NCBI GenBank assembly: GCA_965369165.1
Contig: CBDUPT010000001.1
Location: 1-32,313 of the forward strand
DNA: 32,313 nt
Source of the DNA: an uncultured Flavobacteriales bacterium
Lineage (GTDB): Bacteria; Bacteroidota; Bacteroidia; Flavobacteriales_E; Vicingaceae
Reading direction: 5' to 3'
Part shown: piece by piece, positions 10,065 through 17,920 of the stretch
Position numbering within the stretch: the stretch's first letter is position 1
Layout: every line of letters starts with the position of its first letter
The notes under the pieces: generated by a model
Database searches by the model: none
What the model saw: the letters and a program-made list of their open reading frames with translations, nothing else
Told to the model about the DNA's origin: nothing
Program-made: the position numbers and the translations under genes

Positions 10065-10090
10065 TCTTCTTTCGGCCTTGTGTTTTATTT
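10042..10090. terminator. Bidirectional intrinsic terminator between convergent genes
   Basis: An 11-bp perfect stem pairs gccgaaagaag (10049-10059) with cttctttcggc (10066-10076). The 6-nt loop contains the TAA stop of the upstream gene. An A7 run lies on one side and a T-rich tract on the other. Confidence 0.8.
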
Positions 10091-10101
10091 AAAAGGTTGG
10101 G

Positions 10102-11151
10102 TCAAAAAGCCCAGTTTCCTTTATCTAATTCAGCTAAACAAGCAGTTAATAAATCAATACTTCCTCTAATGTCATCTTTATCTGCCATTTCTATTGATTG
10201 GTGTATGTGTCTTGTTGGAATAGATATTGCACCAGCAATTGCTCCTCCTGGATTCATACGTTGAATACCTGCAGTATCTGTTCCACCAGCAGTTAAAATT
10301 TCTTTTTGAGTTTTAATGCTATTTCTATCAGCAACTTCTTCCATGTATTTTACCATACGGTAATCGCAAATAGTAGAACTATCCATAATTTTAATAGCTG
10401 TTCCTTCTCCTAATTTGGTAATCATTTCTTCTGGTTTAGCACCTGGTACATCAAAAGCAATAGTTGTATCTAATCCAAAACCGTAATCAGGTTTAATTTC
10501 TAAAGCAGCAACATTTGCTCCTCTAATACCAACTTCTTCTTGTACAGTAAATACACCATATATATCATAAGGCACTTCTTTACCTTTTAAAGCACGTAGG
10601 CTTTCAATTAAAATAAAAACAGCTAATCTGTTATCTAAAGATTTACAGTTTACACAGGTTCCCATTTCAATTAATCCACGCTCACGCGTAATAGGATTAC
10701 CTACACTAACAATCTTTTCTACCTCTTCCTTTTTCATTCCTAAATCAATAAAAAAGTCGGTAGTTTTTAATGATTTAGTTCTTTCTTCAGCACTCATTAC
10801 GTGTATAGGTTTAGAACCCATTACACCAATAACATCTTCTGTTCCGTGAATAATTACTCGTTGTGCAGTTAATGTTTTAGGGTCAAAACCACCTAAGGTA
10901 TGAAACCTTACAAACCCGTTATCATCAATATGTGTAACAATAAAACCAATTTCATCCATGTGAGCTCCAACCATTACTCTTTTATCGGTTGCACCTTTTT
11001 TAATGGCATAAACATTTCCCATATTATCTATGTTAATGTCATCTACCAATGGAGTAACTTCTCTAAGTACTACTTCTCTAATTCTTTGCTCGTGTCCTGG
11101 CGCTCCAGCAACTTCGGCAATCTCTCTTAATAAATCTACGTTAATAGGCAT
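10102..11151 (-). CDS. M42 family metallopeptidase (glutamyl aminopeptidase / FrvX-like)
   Basis: Family motifs are GAHMDEIGFIVTHI, VQEEVGIRGA and a late IPTRHIHQ segment. The length is typical at about 350 aa. Confidence 0.85.
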   Translation of the reverse strand: MPINVDLLREIAEVAGAPGHEQRIREVVLREVTPLVDDINIDNMGNVYAIKKGATDKRVMVGAHMDEIGFIVTHIDDNGFVRFHTLGGFDPKTLTAQRVIIHGTEDVIGVMGSKPIHVMSAEERTKSLKTTDFFIDLGMKKEEVEKIVSVGNPITRERGLIEMGTCVNCKSLDNRLAVFILIESLRALKGKEVPYDIYGVFTVQEEVGIRGANVAALEIKPDYGFGLDTTIAFDVPGAKPEEMITKLGEGTAIKIMDSSTICDYRMVKYMEEVADRNSIKTQKEILTAGGTDTAGIQRMNPGGAIAGAISIPTRHIHQSIEMADKDDIRGSIDLLTACLAELDKGNWAF

Positions 11152-11206
11152 TGTTATTTGTTTTTAAGTGTTATTATTAATTGTTTAATTCTAGTCTTCC
11201 ACAAAT

Positions 11207-11230
11207 GTCATCCTGAGTTTATCGAAGGAT
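11207..11230 (+). repeat. Short hairpin repeat, gtcatcctgag...cgaaggat type
   Basis: The sequence is gtcatcctgagtttatcgaaggat, with arms atcct/aggat. From memory it resembles a dispersed intergenic repeat class in Bacteroidota and other phyla. Only one copy occurs in this window. Confidence 0.4.
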
Positions 11231-11274
11231 TGTTTTGAAGAATAAAAATCATAAAATTATAAAGGAAAGTAAAA

Positions 11275-11299
11275 CCTACCCCTAACCCCTCCAAGGAGG
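11275..11299 (+). repeat. GC-rich motif related to the upstream (5', gene-sense) end of the metH cassette
   Basis: The sequence cctacccctaacccctccaaggagg is followed by T7. The metH cassette end, read in gene sense, is cctccccaacccctccgaaggagg. They are the same apart from two 1-nt indels and one further small difference at the hairpin loop. It abuts the pyk stop codon at 11305. Confidence 0.6.
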
Positions 11300-11304
11300 T
11301 TTTT

Positions 11305-12732
11305 TTATTCAATATAACTTAATTTCATCATGTTAGACTGGCCTTTTTCGGCAATAGGCATGCTTGCTATGTTTATAATTAAATCATCCTTCTTTAAAAA
11401 GCCATCTTTTTTAAGTCTGTATTTAATATCTGCTATGGTATCATCAGTACTTACAAATTTATCGTAATGAAAAACCTTAGCGCCCCAAACTAAGCTTAAC
11501 ATATTAATTATAGCCTTATTTCCAGTAAATACAAAAATACCAGCCTTAGGTCTAAAGCTAGCAATTTTAAAACCCGTGTACCCAGAGAATGTCATAGTAA
11601 CTATACCTTTAGCATCAACTCTTTGAGCTAAACGACAAGAGTTGTAACAAATACTATCAGTAATAAAACGTTCAAAATTATCTTCATCAGGTGGATATTC
11701 ATAATGGTAAAGAGATTCAGCAGTTTCCACATCGTTAATAATGCTTGCCATAGCTTGGATTACTTTTTCAGGATGTTCACCTACAGAAGTTTCACCACTT
11801 AACATAACAGCATCTGCTCCATCTAAAACGGCATTGGCAACATCATTCACCTCTGCTCGAGTTGGAGTAATGTTTGTTATCATACTCTCCATCATTTGTG
11901 TTGCAATAATAACTGGTTTAGCAGCTTTCATGCTCTTTTTTACAATAGATTTTTGCATTAAAGGAACTTCATGAAAAGGAATTTCAACTCCTAAATCTCC
12001 ACGAGCAACCATTATAGCATCAGTAACCTCTATAATTTCATCTATGTTTTTTAAAGCTTCTGGCTTTTCAATTTTTGCAATTACTTTTGCAGTACTATTT
12101 GCTTTTGTAATATGTTCTTTCAGCTCAATAATATCATTAGGGTTTCTAACAAAAGATAAACCTATCCATGCAATATCCATAGATAAAGCAAACTTTAAGT
12201 CGGCCAAATCTTTTTCTGTTAAACACGGCATAGAAATTTTAGTATTTGGTAAATTAACCCCTTTGTTTGAAGATAAAATACCACCATGTAAAACCATTGC
12301 TACTACTTCATCTTTTTGATTGGTACTTTTAATTACAAACATTAATTTTCCATCGTCTAATAAAATGTTTTCGCCTGGAGAAACATCTTTTGCGAAATTT
12401 TTGTAGCTGATATAAATTTTTTCTTTTGTACCTAAACATTCTGTATTGGTAAAAGTAATTTGATCTCCATTTTCTAATAAAACGCCATTATTTTCAATTT
12501 TACCAACTCTAATTTTAGGACCTTGTAAATCGGCTAAAATAGCAGTGAATTTACCTGTTTCAGTATTAATCTCTCTAATGCTGTCGATTACCTTCTTATG
12601 GTCTTCATGCGAGCCATGAGAAAAGTTTATACGACAAACATTAACACCACTGTTAATGATTGCTGAAAGCATTTTTTTTGATGCTGTTGCAGGACCTATG
12701 GTTGCAACAATTTTTGTTTTTCTATAATTCAT
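11305..12732 (-). CDS. pyk: Pyruvate kinase
   Basis: Canonical motifs are KIVATIGPA, INFSHGSHEDH, LADLQGPKIRVG and MVARGDLGVEIP. The length is 475 aa. Confidence 0.95.
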   Translation of the reverse strand: MNYRKTKIVATIGPATASKKMLSAIINSGVNVCRINFSHGSHEDHKKVIDSIREINTETGKFTAILADLQGPKIRVGKIENNGVLLENGDQITFTNTECLGTKEKIYISYKNFAKDVSPGENILLDDGKLMFVIKSTNQKDEVVAMVLHGGILSSNKGVNLPNTKISMPCLTEKDLADLKFALSMDIAWIGLSFVRNPNDIIELKEHITKANSTAKVIAKIEKPEALKNIDEIIEVTDAIMVARGDLGVEIPFHEVPLMQKSIVKKSMKAAKPVIIATQMMESMITNITPTRAEVNDVANAVLDGADAVMLSGETSVGEHPEKVIQAMASIINDVETAESLYHYEYPPDEDNFERFITDSICYNSCRLAQRVDAKGIVTMTFSGYTGFKIASFRPKAGIFVFTGNKAIINMLSLVWGAKVFHYDKFVSTDDTIADIKYRLKKDGFLKKDDLIINIASMPIAEKGQSNMMKLSYIE

Positions 12733-13133
12733 TAAAACAATAAGTTTTGTTTGGATTTAAGTTTATTCGGATCGATATTAAACGAGGTTAAAACTACTGA
12801 TATAGCATTGATTTTACAAGTAAAATCATCAGTTAAACTATCGCTAACATTTCCTTTAGTTATCAATAAAAAATCAACTGTTTTTTGTTCAGGTATTAAG
12901 AATCCATTGTCTCCTCTGTTTGCGATAAAATAATGCTCTAAAAAATTGTCCTCGTCAATATATTCATAAAAAGAAAAGGAAGCTTTTTCGAGTTGATAAT
13001 CAGTTGTTCTTTCTAATTCAATATTAAGTGTCTTATTTAATTCCCAACACAATCGGTAATCTTTACTGTGACAGCTTATTCCAATCAAAGTAAAATCATA
13101 CTCCTCAATTACATCTAATACAAATTTTGACAT
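12732..13133 (-). CDS. IPExxxVDY family protein
   Basis: It contains the motif IPEQKTVDFLLI. Size is typical at about 133 aa. Its stop overlaps the pyk start (TAATG). Confidence 0.75.
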   Translation of the reverse strand: MSKFVLDVIEEYDFTLIGISCHSKDYRLCWELNKTLNIELERTTDYQLEKASFSFYEYIDEDNFLEHYFIANRGDNGFLIPEQKTVDFLLITKGNVSDSLTDDFTCKINAISVVLTSFNIDPNKLKSKQNLLF

Positions 13134-13274
13134 GTAGCAAAGATAAACAGAAGAAGTACATATTTATGTTTTTTTTAAGTTAAATATAAAGCTCATAAAG
13201 GTTAATATTAGAGCGGTATAGAACCGTTTATCAAATGTTTATTTTATGCTAAAAATTAATTGTAACTTCGCTTA

Positions 13275-14105
13275 ATGAAAAAATATACTGCATTAGTATT
13301 TTTGATTATCAGCATGCTTAATTTAGCGATGGCTCAATGTCCTGCTACAATTCAAATTAATCGGACTCCAGAAGATCCTGTCTGTAAAAACACACCAGTA
13401 ACTTATACAATTACTCCAAGTGCTGGAGGGATTACAAATTATATTTGGGTTGTAAATGGAGATACTGTTTCTAATTTACCTAGTATAACAACGAGTATTA
13501 ATTTTGCGCATGTTGAAATTTATGCAGTATCAGACACTTGTAATTTGGATACAATGTATACTGATGATAACATTGATCATGTTATTTTATCTGCAGAATA
13601 TAATGTGATTATTGAAGAATGTAATCAAACTGTAGCTGATATTGAGATACTTAGCATTTCTGGAGGGAAAGAGCCTTATAGTTATAATTTATATGCAGGA
13701 GCTGGAGGCTTAGGTGAGCAAACAACTTATAAAGATGTACCAGTATCTTCGTATCCGTTAGTGATTGAAGATGATAATGGTTGTGTAGATACTGTTTGGG
13801 TAGATATGACAATATTAGAGTGTCCACCACCATTACCAACTCAAGTTATTACTCCTAATGGAGATGGTTATAATGATATGTGGAGAATTCAATTTATTGA
13901 GTTATACCCTAACAACGAAGTGTTTATTTATGACAGGTGGGGACAGCGAGTTTATCATAAAAAAGAATATACAAATGCCGAAGGTTGGGAAGCAAAATAT
14001 ATTGGTAGCGATATGCCAGTTTCAACGTATTATTATATTTTAAAAATAAAGTACGATAAGAAGGAAGAGGAAGTGTTTAACGGTCCAATATCTGTGTTTA
14101 GGTAG
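13275..14105 (+). CDS. T9SS type B sorting domain (gliding motility-associated C-terminal domain) protein
   Basis: It has a signal peptide and a SprB-repeat-like segment GGKEPYSYNLY. The C-terminal hallmark is TPNGDGYNDMWRIQFIELYPNNEVFIYDRWGQRVY. Confidence 0.85.
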   Translation: MKKYTALVFLIISMLNLAMAQCPATIQINRTPEDPVCKNTPVTYTITPSAGGITNYIWVVNGDTVSNLPSITTSINFAHVEIYAVSDTCNLDTMYTDDNIDHVILSAEYNVIIEECNQTVADIEILSISGGKEPYSYNLYAGAGGLGEQTTYKDVPVSSYPLVIEDDNGCVDTVWVDMTILECPPPLPTQVITPNGDGYNDMWRIQFIELYPNNEVFIYDRWGQRVYHKKEYTNAEGWEAKYIGSDMPVSTYYYILKIKYDKKEEEVFNGPISVFR

Positions 14106-14106
14106 G

Positions 14107-15039
14107 ATGAGAAAGTTAGTTGTAATATTATTTTTAATAGCGGTTATCCAAACTTTCGGACAACAATCTGCTCAATACTCGCAGTACACATTCAATAATT
14201 TTGGTTATAATCCTGCTTTTGCTGGTACAGCTAAATGTTTAGATTTTAGATTAGGAACAAGAATTCAATGGTTAGGATTTGAAGGTGCTCCTCGATCAAC
14301 TTTTGTTAGTGGGCACACGCGAATAGCAACTAAGCATTACCGTGGAAAAGGATTTCATGCTTTGGGTGGATATATTGAGCAAGATGATGTTCATTTAACT
14401 ACGAGAACAACATTAAAAATTGGTTATGCATACCACACCAAACTATCCTCTAAATACACTATGGGGTTAGGTATTTTTGCTGGAATTCAACAATACTCTA
14501 CAGATGATGTGTTTGGAGGAGAGGTTAATCCAGATCCTGTTTTAGCAAGTGCTGCAGGTTCTGTTATTAGATACCCTGATATTATGCCAGGAGTTTTGTT
14601 GTACAGTAAAAATTTATATTGGAGTTTTTCTATTAACCAATTGTATTTTAAAAGTATCAATTTAGGGCAAGAGCAAAAACAAGTTAATCAGTACTATTTT
14701 GGTGCAGGACATCGTTCCGTTTTAGGTCATTGGACTGTTTTCAAATCTTTTTTATTAAAGCAAAATGTTATGGGACCACCTGCTCTAGATTTAAATCTTG
14801 CTTGGGTTTATTATGAAGCTTTAACTTTTGGTTTGGGTTATAGAGTTGGAGAGTCGGCTATAGCACAATTAAAAGTTAAACTTGGTAAAATATCTATTGG
14901 TTATGCATTTGATTTCCCTTTAAATAAAATTTATGGCAACTATGGTCATGAAATTATGATAAGCTTTAATGCCTGTAAAGGTGGTGGTGTTGGGGATGGT
15001 GCAGGAGGAAAATCTTTTGATTGTCCAGCATACAATTAG
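14107..15039 (+). CDS. PorP/SprF family type IX secretion system membrane protein
   Basis: A signal peptide is followed by QQSAQYSQYTFNNFGYNPAFAG. The start is 1 nt after the cargo gene stop. Confidence 0.9.
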   Translation: MRKLVVILFLIAVIQTFGQQSAQYSQYTFNNFGYNPAFAGTAKCLDFRLGTRIQWLGFEGAPRSTFVSGHTRIATKHYRGKGFHALGGYIEQDDVHLTTRTTLKIGYAYHTKLSSKYTMGLGIFAGIQQYSTDDVFGGEVNPDPVLASAAGSVIRYPDIMPGVLLYSKNLYWSFSINQLYFKSINLGQEQKQVNQYYFGAGHRSVLGHWTVFKSFLLKQNVMGPPALDLNLAWVYYEALTFGLGYRVGESAIAQLKVKLGKISIGYAFDFPLNKIYGNYGHEIMISFNACKGGGVGDGAGGKSFDCPAYN

Positions 15040-15263
15040 GAATGGTTTAGGCTAGCCAGAATATCATTGCACCCATAACTTATTAATTTTTCATCTTTAA
15101 CCAATGCCGGAATTACCATCAATTTAAAAGGTAATTGGTATTGTTCAGTATCAATATTTACGGTTGGCACATTAAGGTTATTCTCTTTAAGTTTTAATAA
15201 AGTGTGATTACAACTATCGCAACCATCACTAATAAATAATCGATATTTACTGAGAGGATTCAT
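15036..15263 (-). CDS. Small thioredoxin/glutaredoxin-fold protein
   Basis: It has a CxxC motif (GCDSCN) and a downstream VIPAL segment consistent with the thioredoxin-fold cis-Pro. Its start overlaps the Crp/Fnr stop (TAATG). Confidence 0.6.
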   Translation of the reverse strand: MNPLSKYRLFISDGCDSCNHTLLKLKENNLNVPTVNIDTEQYQLPFKLMVIPALVKDEKLISYGCNDILASLNHS

Positions 15264-15943
15264 TAACTTAAACTATCAATATCTCTAATTAAAAACTGAT
15301 TTCTTTCTAAATGTATTTGATTTTGTTCCTTCAATTCGTTTAAAACAGTAGTTACTGTTTGACGAGAAGTAGCAGTTAAATTTGCAATGTCAGCATGTGT
15401 AAGGTTGTGTTTTACCAACAACTCTTTTCCAATAGGTTTGCCTTTTTCTTTACCAAAATCAATAATAAAATCTATAATTCTACTTCTAGCATCTTTAAAA
15501 ACTAAGGACTCTAATCTGCGTTCAATTTTTTGCAATCTAAACCCAATCATCTTGGTAATTTTTAATCCAATTAAAGGGTTTTTTTCTATCATGGATTCCA
15601 TTTCCTCCAAACTTAATGAGCAAACAGTTATTTTATTATCCAAAGCAATAGCAAAATCGTTACGTTTTTCTTCACCAGCCAAGCTAAGTTCTCCAAAAAC
15701 TTCTCCTGGAGTTAAAATGGCTTTAATAATTTCTTTTCCAGTATCTGAATATGAACCAATTTTAACTCTTCCTCCTTTTAAAAAATAAATGGATGAAGAA
15801 GGGTCTTCTGGAAAATAGATATATTCATTCTTTTTTAAATAATCATGTTTTACTTTAGTAGACATCGTTATTTTTTCTAACGCAGAAAGCGTTTTAAAAA
15901 GGTTAAAATTCTCTAAATGCCAAAGTTTGGTTTCGGTTGCCAT
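15263..15943 (-). CDS. Crp/Fnr family transcriptional regulator
   Basis: The cNMP-binding-fold segment reads GEVFGELSLAGEEKRNDFAIAL. The C-terminal HTH reads LTHADIANLTATSRQTVTTVLNELK. The length is 226 aa. Confidence 0.85.
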   Translation of the reverse strand: MATETKLWHLENFNLFKTLSALEKITMSTKVKHDYLKKNEYIYFPEDPSSSIYFLKGGRVKIGSYSDTGKEIIKAILTPGEVFGELSLAGEEKRNDFAIALDNKITVCSLSLEEMESMIEKNPLIGLKITKMIGFRLQKIERRLESLVFKDARSRIIDFIIDFGKEKGKPIGKELLVKHNLTHADIANLTATSRQTVTTVLNELKEQNQIHLERNQFLIRDIDSLS

Positions 15944-15954
15944 AGTTTAATCGT

Positions 15955-15970
15955 TTATCTTTAAAGATAA
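15955..15970. promoter_or_regulatory. Perfect 16-nt palindrome (5-6-5), candidate operator
   Basis: The sequence is ttatctttaaagataa, i.e. TTATC-N6-GATAA. It lies 12 nt upstream of the Crp/Fnr start codon in the divergent intergenic region. Confidence 0.3.
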
Positions 15971-16009
15971 ATATTAACTACAAATTAACTAAGCTTTTGC
16001 TTTATTAAT

Positions 16010-16025
16010 TGTCAATCAAATGACG
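16010..16025. promoter_or_regulatory. Near-palindrome TGTCA-N6-TGACG, candidate Crp/Fnr-type site
   Basis: The sequence is tgtcaatcaaatgacg, with the same 5-6-5 geometry as CRP-type boxes. It lies about 40 nt upstream of the ORF at 16062. Confidence 0.25.
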
Positions 16026-16061
16026 TAATGGATTTTAATAAGAACTAATAGGTAATGTCTT

Positions 16062-16847
16062 TTGGTGTTTAAAAGTCTAATTTCGTTTAATCTAAAACCT
16101 AAAGGTAATATCACAATCCATTTGAGAACATTTATCATTTTCGGCAGTTTGTTTTTGCTCATGTTAAATACATGTGATGCTCAAGAATGGAAAAATTTAA
16201 GGCAATATAAAAAAGAAACAGGAAGTAAGTCGCTTAATGATGGTTGTTGGTTAAAAAAAGATAGAACGAAGCAGAGTGAGGTTTGGAGAGCAGCAAACAA
16301 ATATAACTTACAACAAGAAAAAGGTTTTGAGAAATATGAAAGCATTACTCAAATACGAGATTTTTATTTTTGGTTTGATAGTGAGCGAATAAAACAAGGT
16401 CACGAAATAAAATGGATAGGAATTGCTGGCGTTGCAGCAAATCAACTATCTAAAATTGATGTTGGCATTATTCGTTTTTTATTGGTTAGAAACCAAGAGA
16501 TTGTGAAATTTGCAAATGAAGGTTCAAAAAAAGTATTGCAATTTGCTTTCCCGCTTTTAAAAGCACTTTATTTTTCAGGCAAAGTTATTAAAGGTGAAGC
16601 CGCTAAAGAGTGGGAAGTAACCTATGGCAAAAAAGAGCAATGCAAAATTCTTCAACCAATATATGATGAGTTATCTCCGAAAGCAATGAAAAAGTTAGAA
16701 CGAATGGCAAAAGGAAAAGGCTTGTTTTGTTTTGGTGTACCTAAACAATTAAAATATAAAGGGAAAATTGAAGATTGCCAAGCTAGGTATGAGCATGGAT
16801 TAAATGAATTGATTCCTTATTATTTGTTAAAGCATAGAAATCAATAA
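16062..16847 (+). CDS. Hypothetical secreted protein or lipoprotein (family not recognised)
   Basis: The ORF opens with a TTG start. Its hydrophobic signal-like segment FIIFGSLFLLMLNTCDAQ would be lost if the first ATG (MLNTC) were used, so the start is uncertain. No motif was recognised. Confidence 0.5.
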   Translation: MVFKSLISFNLKPKGNITIHLRTFIIFGSLFLLMLNTCDAQEWKNLRQYKKETGSKSLNDGCWLKKDRTKQSEVWRAANKYNLQQEKGFEKYESITQIRDFYFWFDSERIKQGHEIKWIGIAGVAANQLSKIDVGIIRFLLVRNQEIVKFANEGSKKVLQFAFPLLKALYFSGKVIKGEAAKEWEVTYGKKEQCKILQPIYDELSPKAMKKLERMAKGKGLFCFGVPKQLKYKGKIEDCQARYEHGLNELIPYYLLKHRNQ

Positions 16848-16869
16848 GTTCAATTTAGTAAATTTGATT

Positions 16870-17046
16870 ATGAGTTTTGGCAAGCAAGATTGGGGTAAAA
16901 TTGTAGGTGCCTTTTACACCCCTACTGGACAAAAAGGTGGTTTTTGGGGAAGAGGAGATGGAGGTTGTTTAAGATATTTGATTATGCTAGTAATATTAAT
17001 AGGATTAATGTTCTTATTATTATACATATTAGATAACATAAATTAA
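16870..17046 (+). CDS. Small membrane protein with one C-terminal TM helix
   Basis: The first ATG is at 16870; the track starts at a TTG at 16864. The N-terminus is Gly-rich (GQKGGFWGRGDGG), followed by YLIMLVILIGLMFLLLYIL. It ends 14 nt upstream of the RES gene. A short ORF like this could be spurious. Confidence 0.4.
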   Translation: MSFGKQDWGKIVGAFYTPTGQKGGFWGRGDGGCLRYLIMLVILIGLMFLLLYILDNIN

Positions 17047-17060
17047 TCTATTACAAGATT

Positions 17061-17912
17061 ATGAACTCAATTGAATTTTTACAAAAACTAAGTGAATCTG
17101 ATTTATCTAAAATTGGACATAGAAAAATTATAAATCATATCAAACAAAATATTCCTATTCCAATATTAACTACTATAATTAAAAAAGGAACCCCCATTTT
17201 TCGAGGGAGAACAGAGGAAAATATAAAATCCTTTAATAATGAATTTGAAATATCCTATAGAACTGATTTTGCTAACATCAAAGAATATGGGAGGTCTAAT
17301 AGACCTTATCAATCCGTTTTTTATGGATCTGTTCCTGAATCAAAAAATGATTATGCCCCAATAACCCTTTTAACTGAAATTCTTCCTGATTTTTTTGAGG
17401 ATGAGAAGCCTGTTAATAATAAACACATAACTATTGGCTTGTGGATAGCAAAAAAAGATTTTGAAGTTGCTGACATATGTTATAGCAAAGATTATAATCA
17501 TAACCCATTAATGATTGAAAAACAAAAGCTTTGGAATAAAAAACTAAAAGAAGAATATAGTGATAGTGTAAATAATTATAAAGATACCTTAGAGTTTATA
17601 TCGAATCAGTTCTCCAAAAAAAACATTAAAGACCATTGGGACTACAAATTATCCTCTGTTTTCTTTGACATAATTCAACAGAAAAATATTCATGGAGTTT
17701 TATACCCAAGTGTAAAACGGGATTTTGAAGGCTTGAACTTAAGTTTAACTCATGAAGTTGTCGATGAATTCTTAGAGCTTAAAAGTGTTAGTGTACACGA
17801 ATTGTCGAAGGAAAGAAAAAAAATCTATCCAATTCTTTTTTCAGATGATTTAGGGTTTATGAATTCAAATTTTCAATGGGAAAAAGTAGTTGCTGAAACG
17901 AGTTCTAAATAA
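17061..17912 (+). CDS. RES domain-containing protein (NAD+-degrading toxin family)
   Basis: The three RES blocks appear in order. The R block is YGRSNRPYQSVFYGS, the E block is APITLLTEIL, and the S block is HGVLYPSVKRDFEGLNLSL. Confidence 0.7.
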   Translation: MNSIEFLQKLSESDLSKIGHRKIINHIKQNIPIPILTTIIKKGTPIFRGRTEENIKSFNNEFEISYRTDFANIKEYGRSNRPYQSVFYGSVPESKNDYAPITLLTEILPDFFEDEKPVNNKHITIGLWIAKKDFEVADICYSKDYNHNPLMIEKQKLWNKKLKEEYSDSVNNYKDTLEFISNQFSKKNIKDHWDYKLSSVFFDIIQQKNIHGVLYPSVKRDFEGLNLSLTHEVVDEFLELKSVSVHELSKERKKIYPILFSDDLGFMNSNFQWEKVVAETSSK

Positions 17913-17920
17913 CTTTTTCA

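Noticed and set aside
13138-13145. TATCTTTG (TAnnTTTG) box on the minus strand upstream of the IPExxxVDY gene
   Set aside because: It sits only 5 nt from the start codon, which would place the transcription start inside the coding region. It is probably a chance match in AT-rich DNA.
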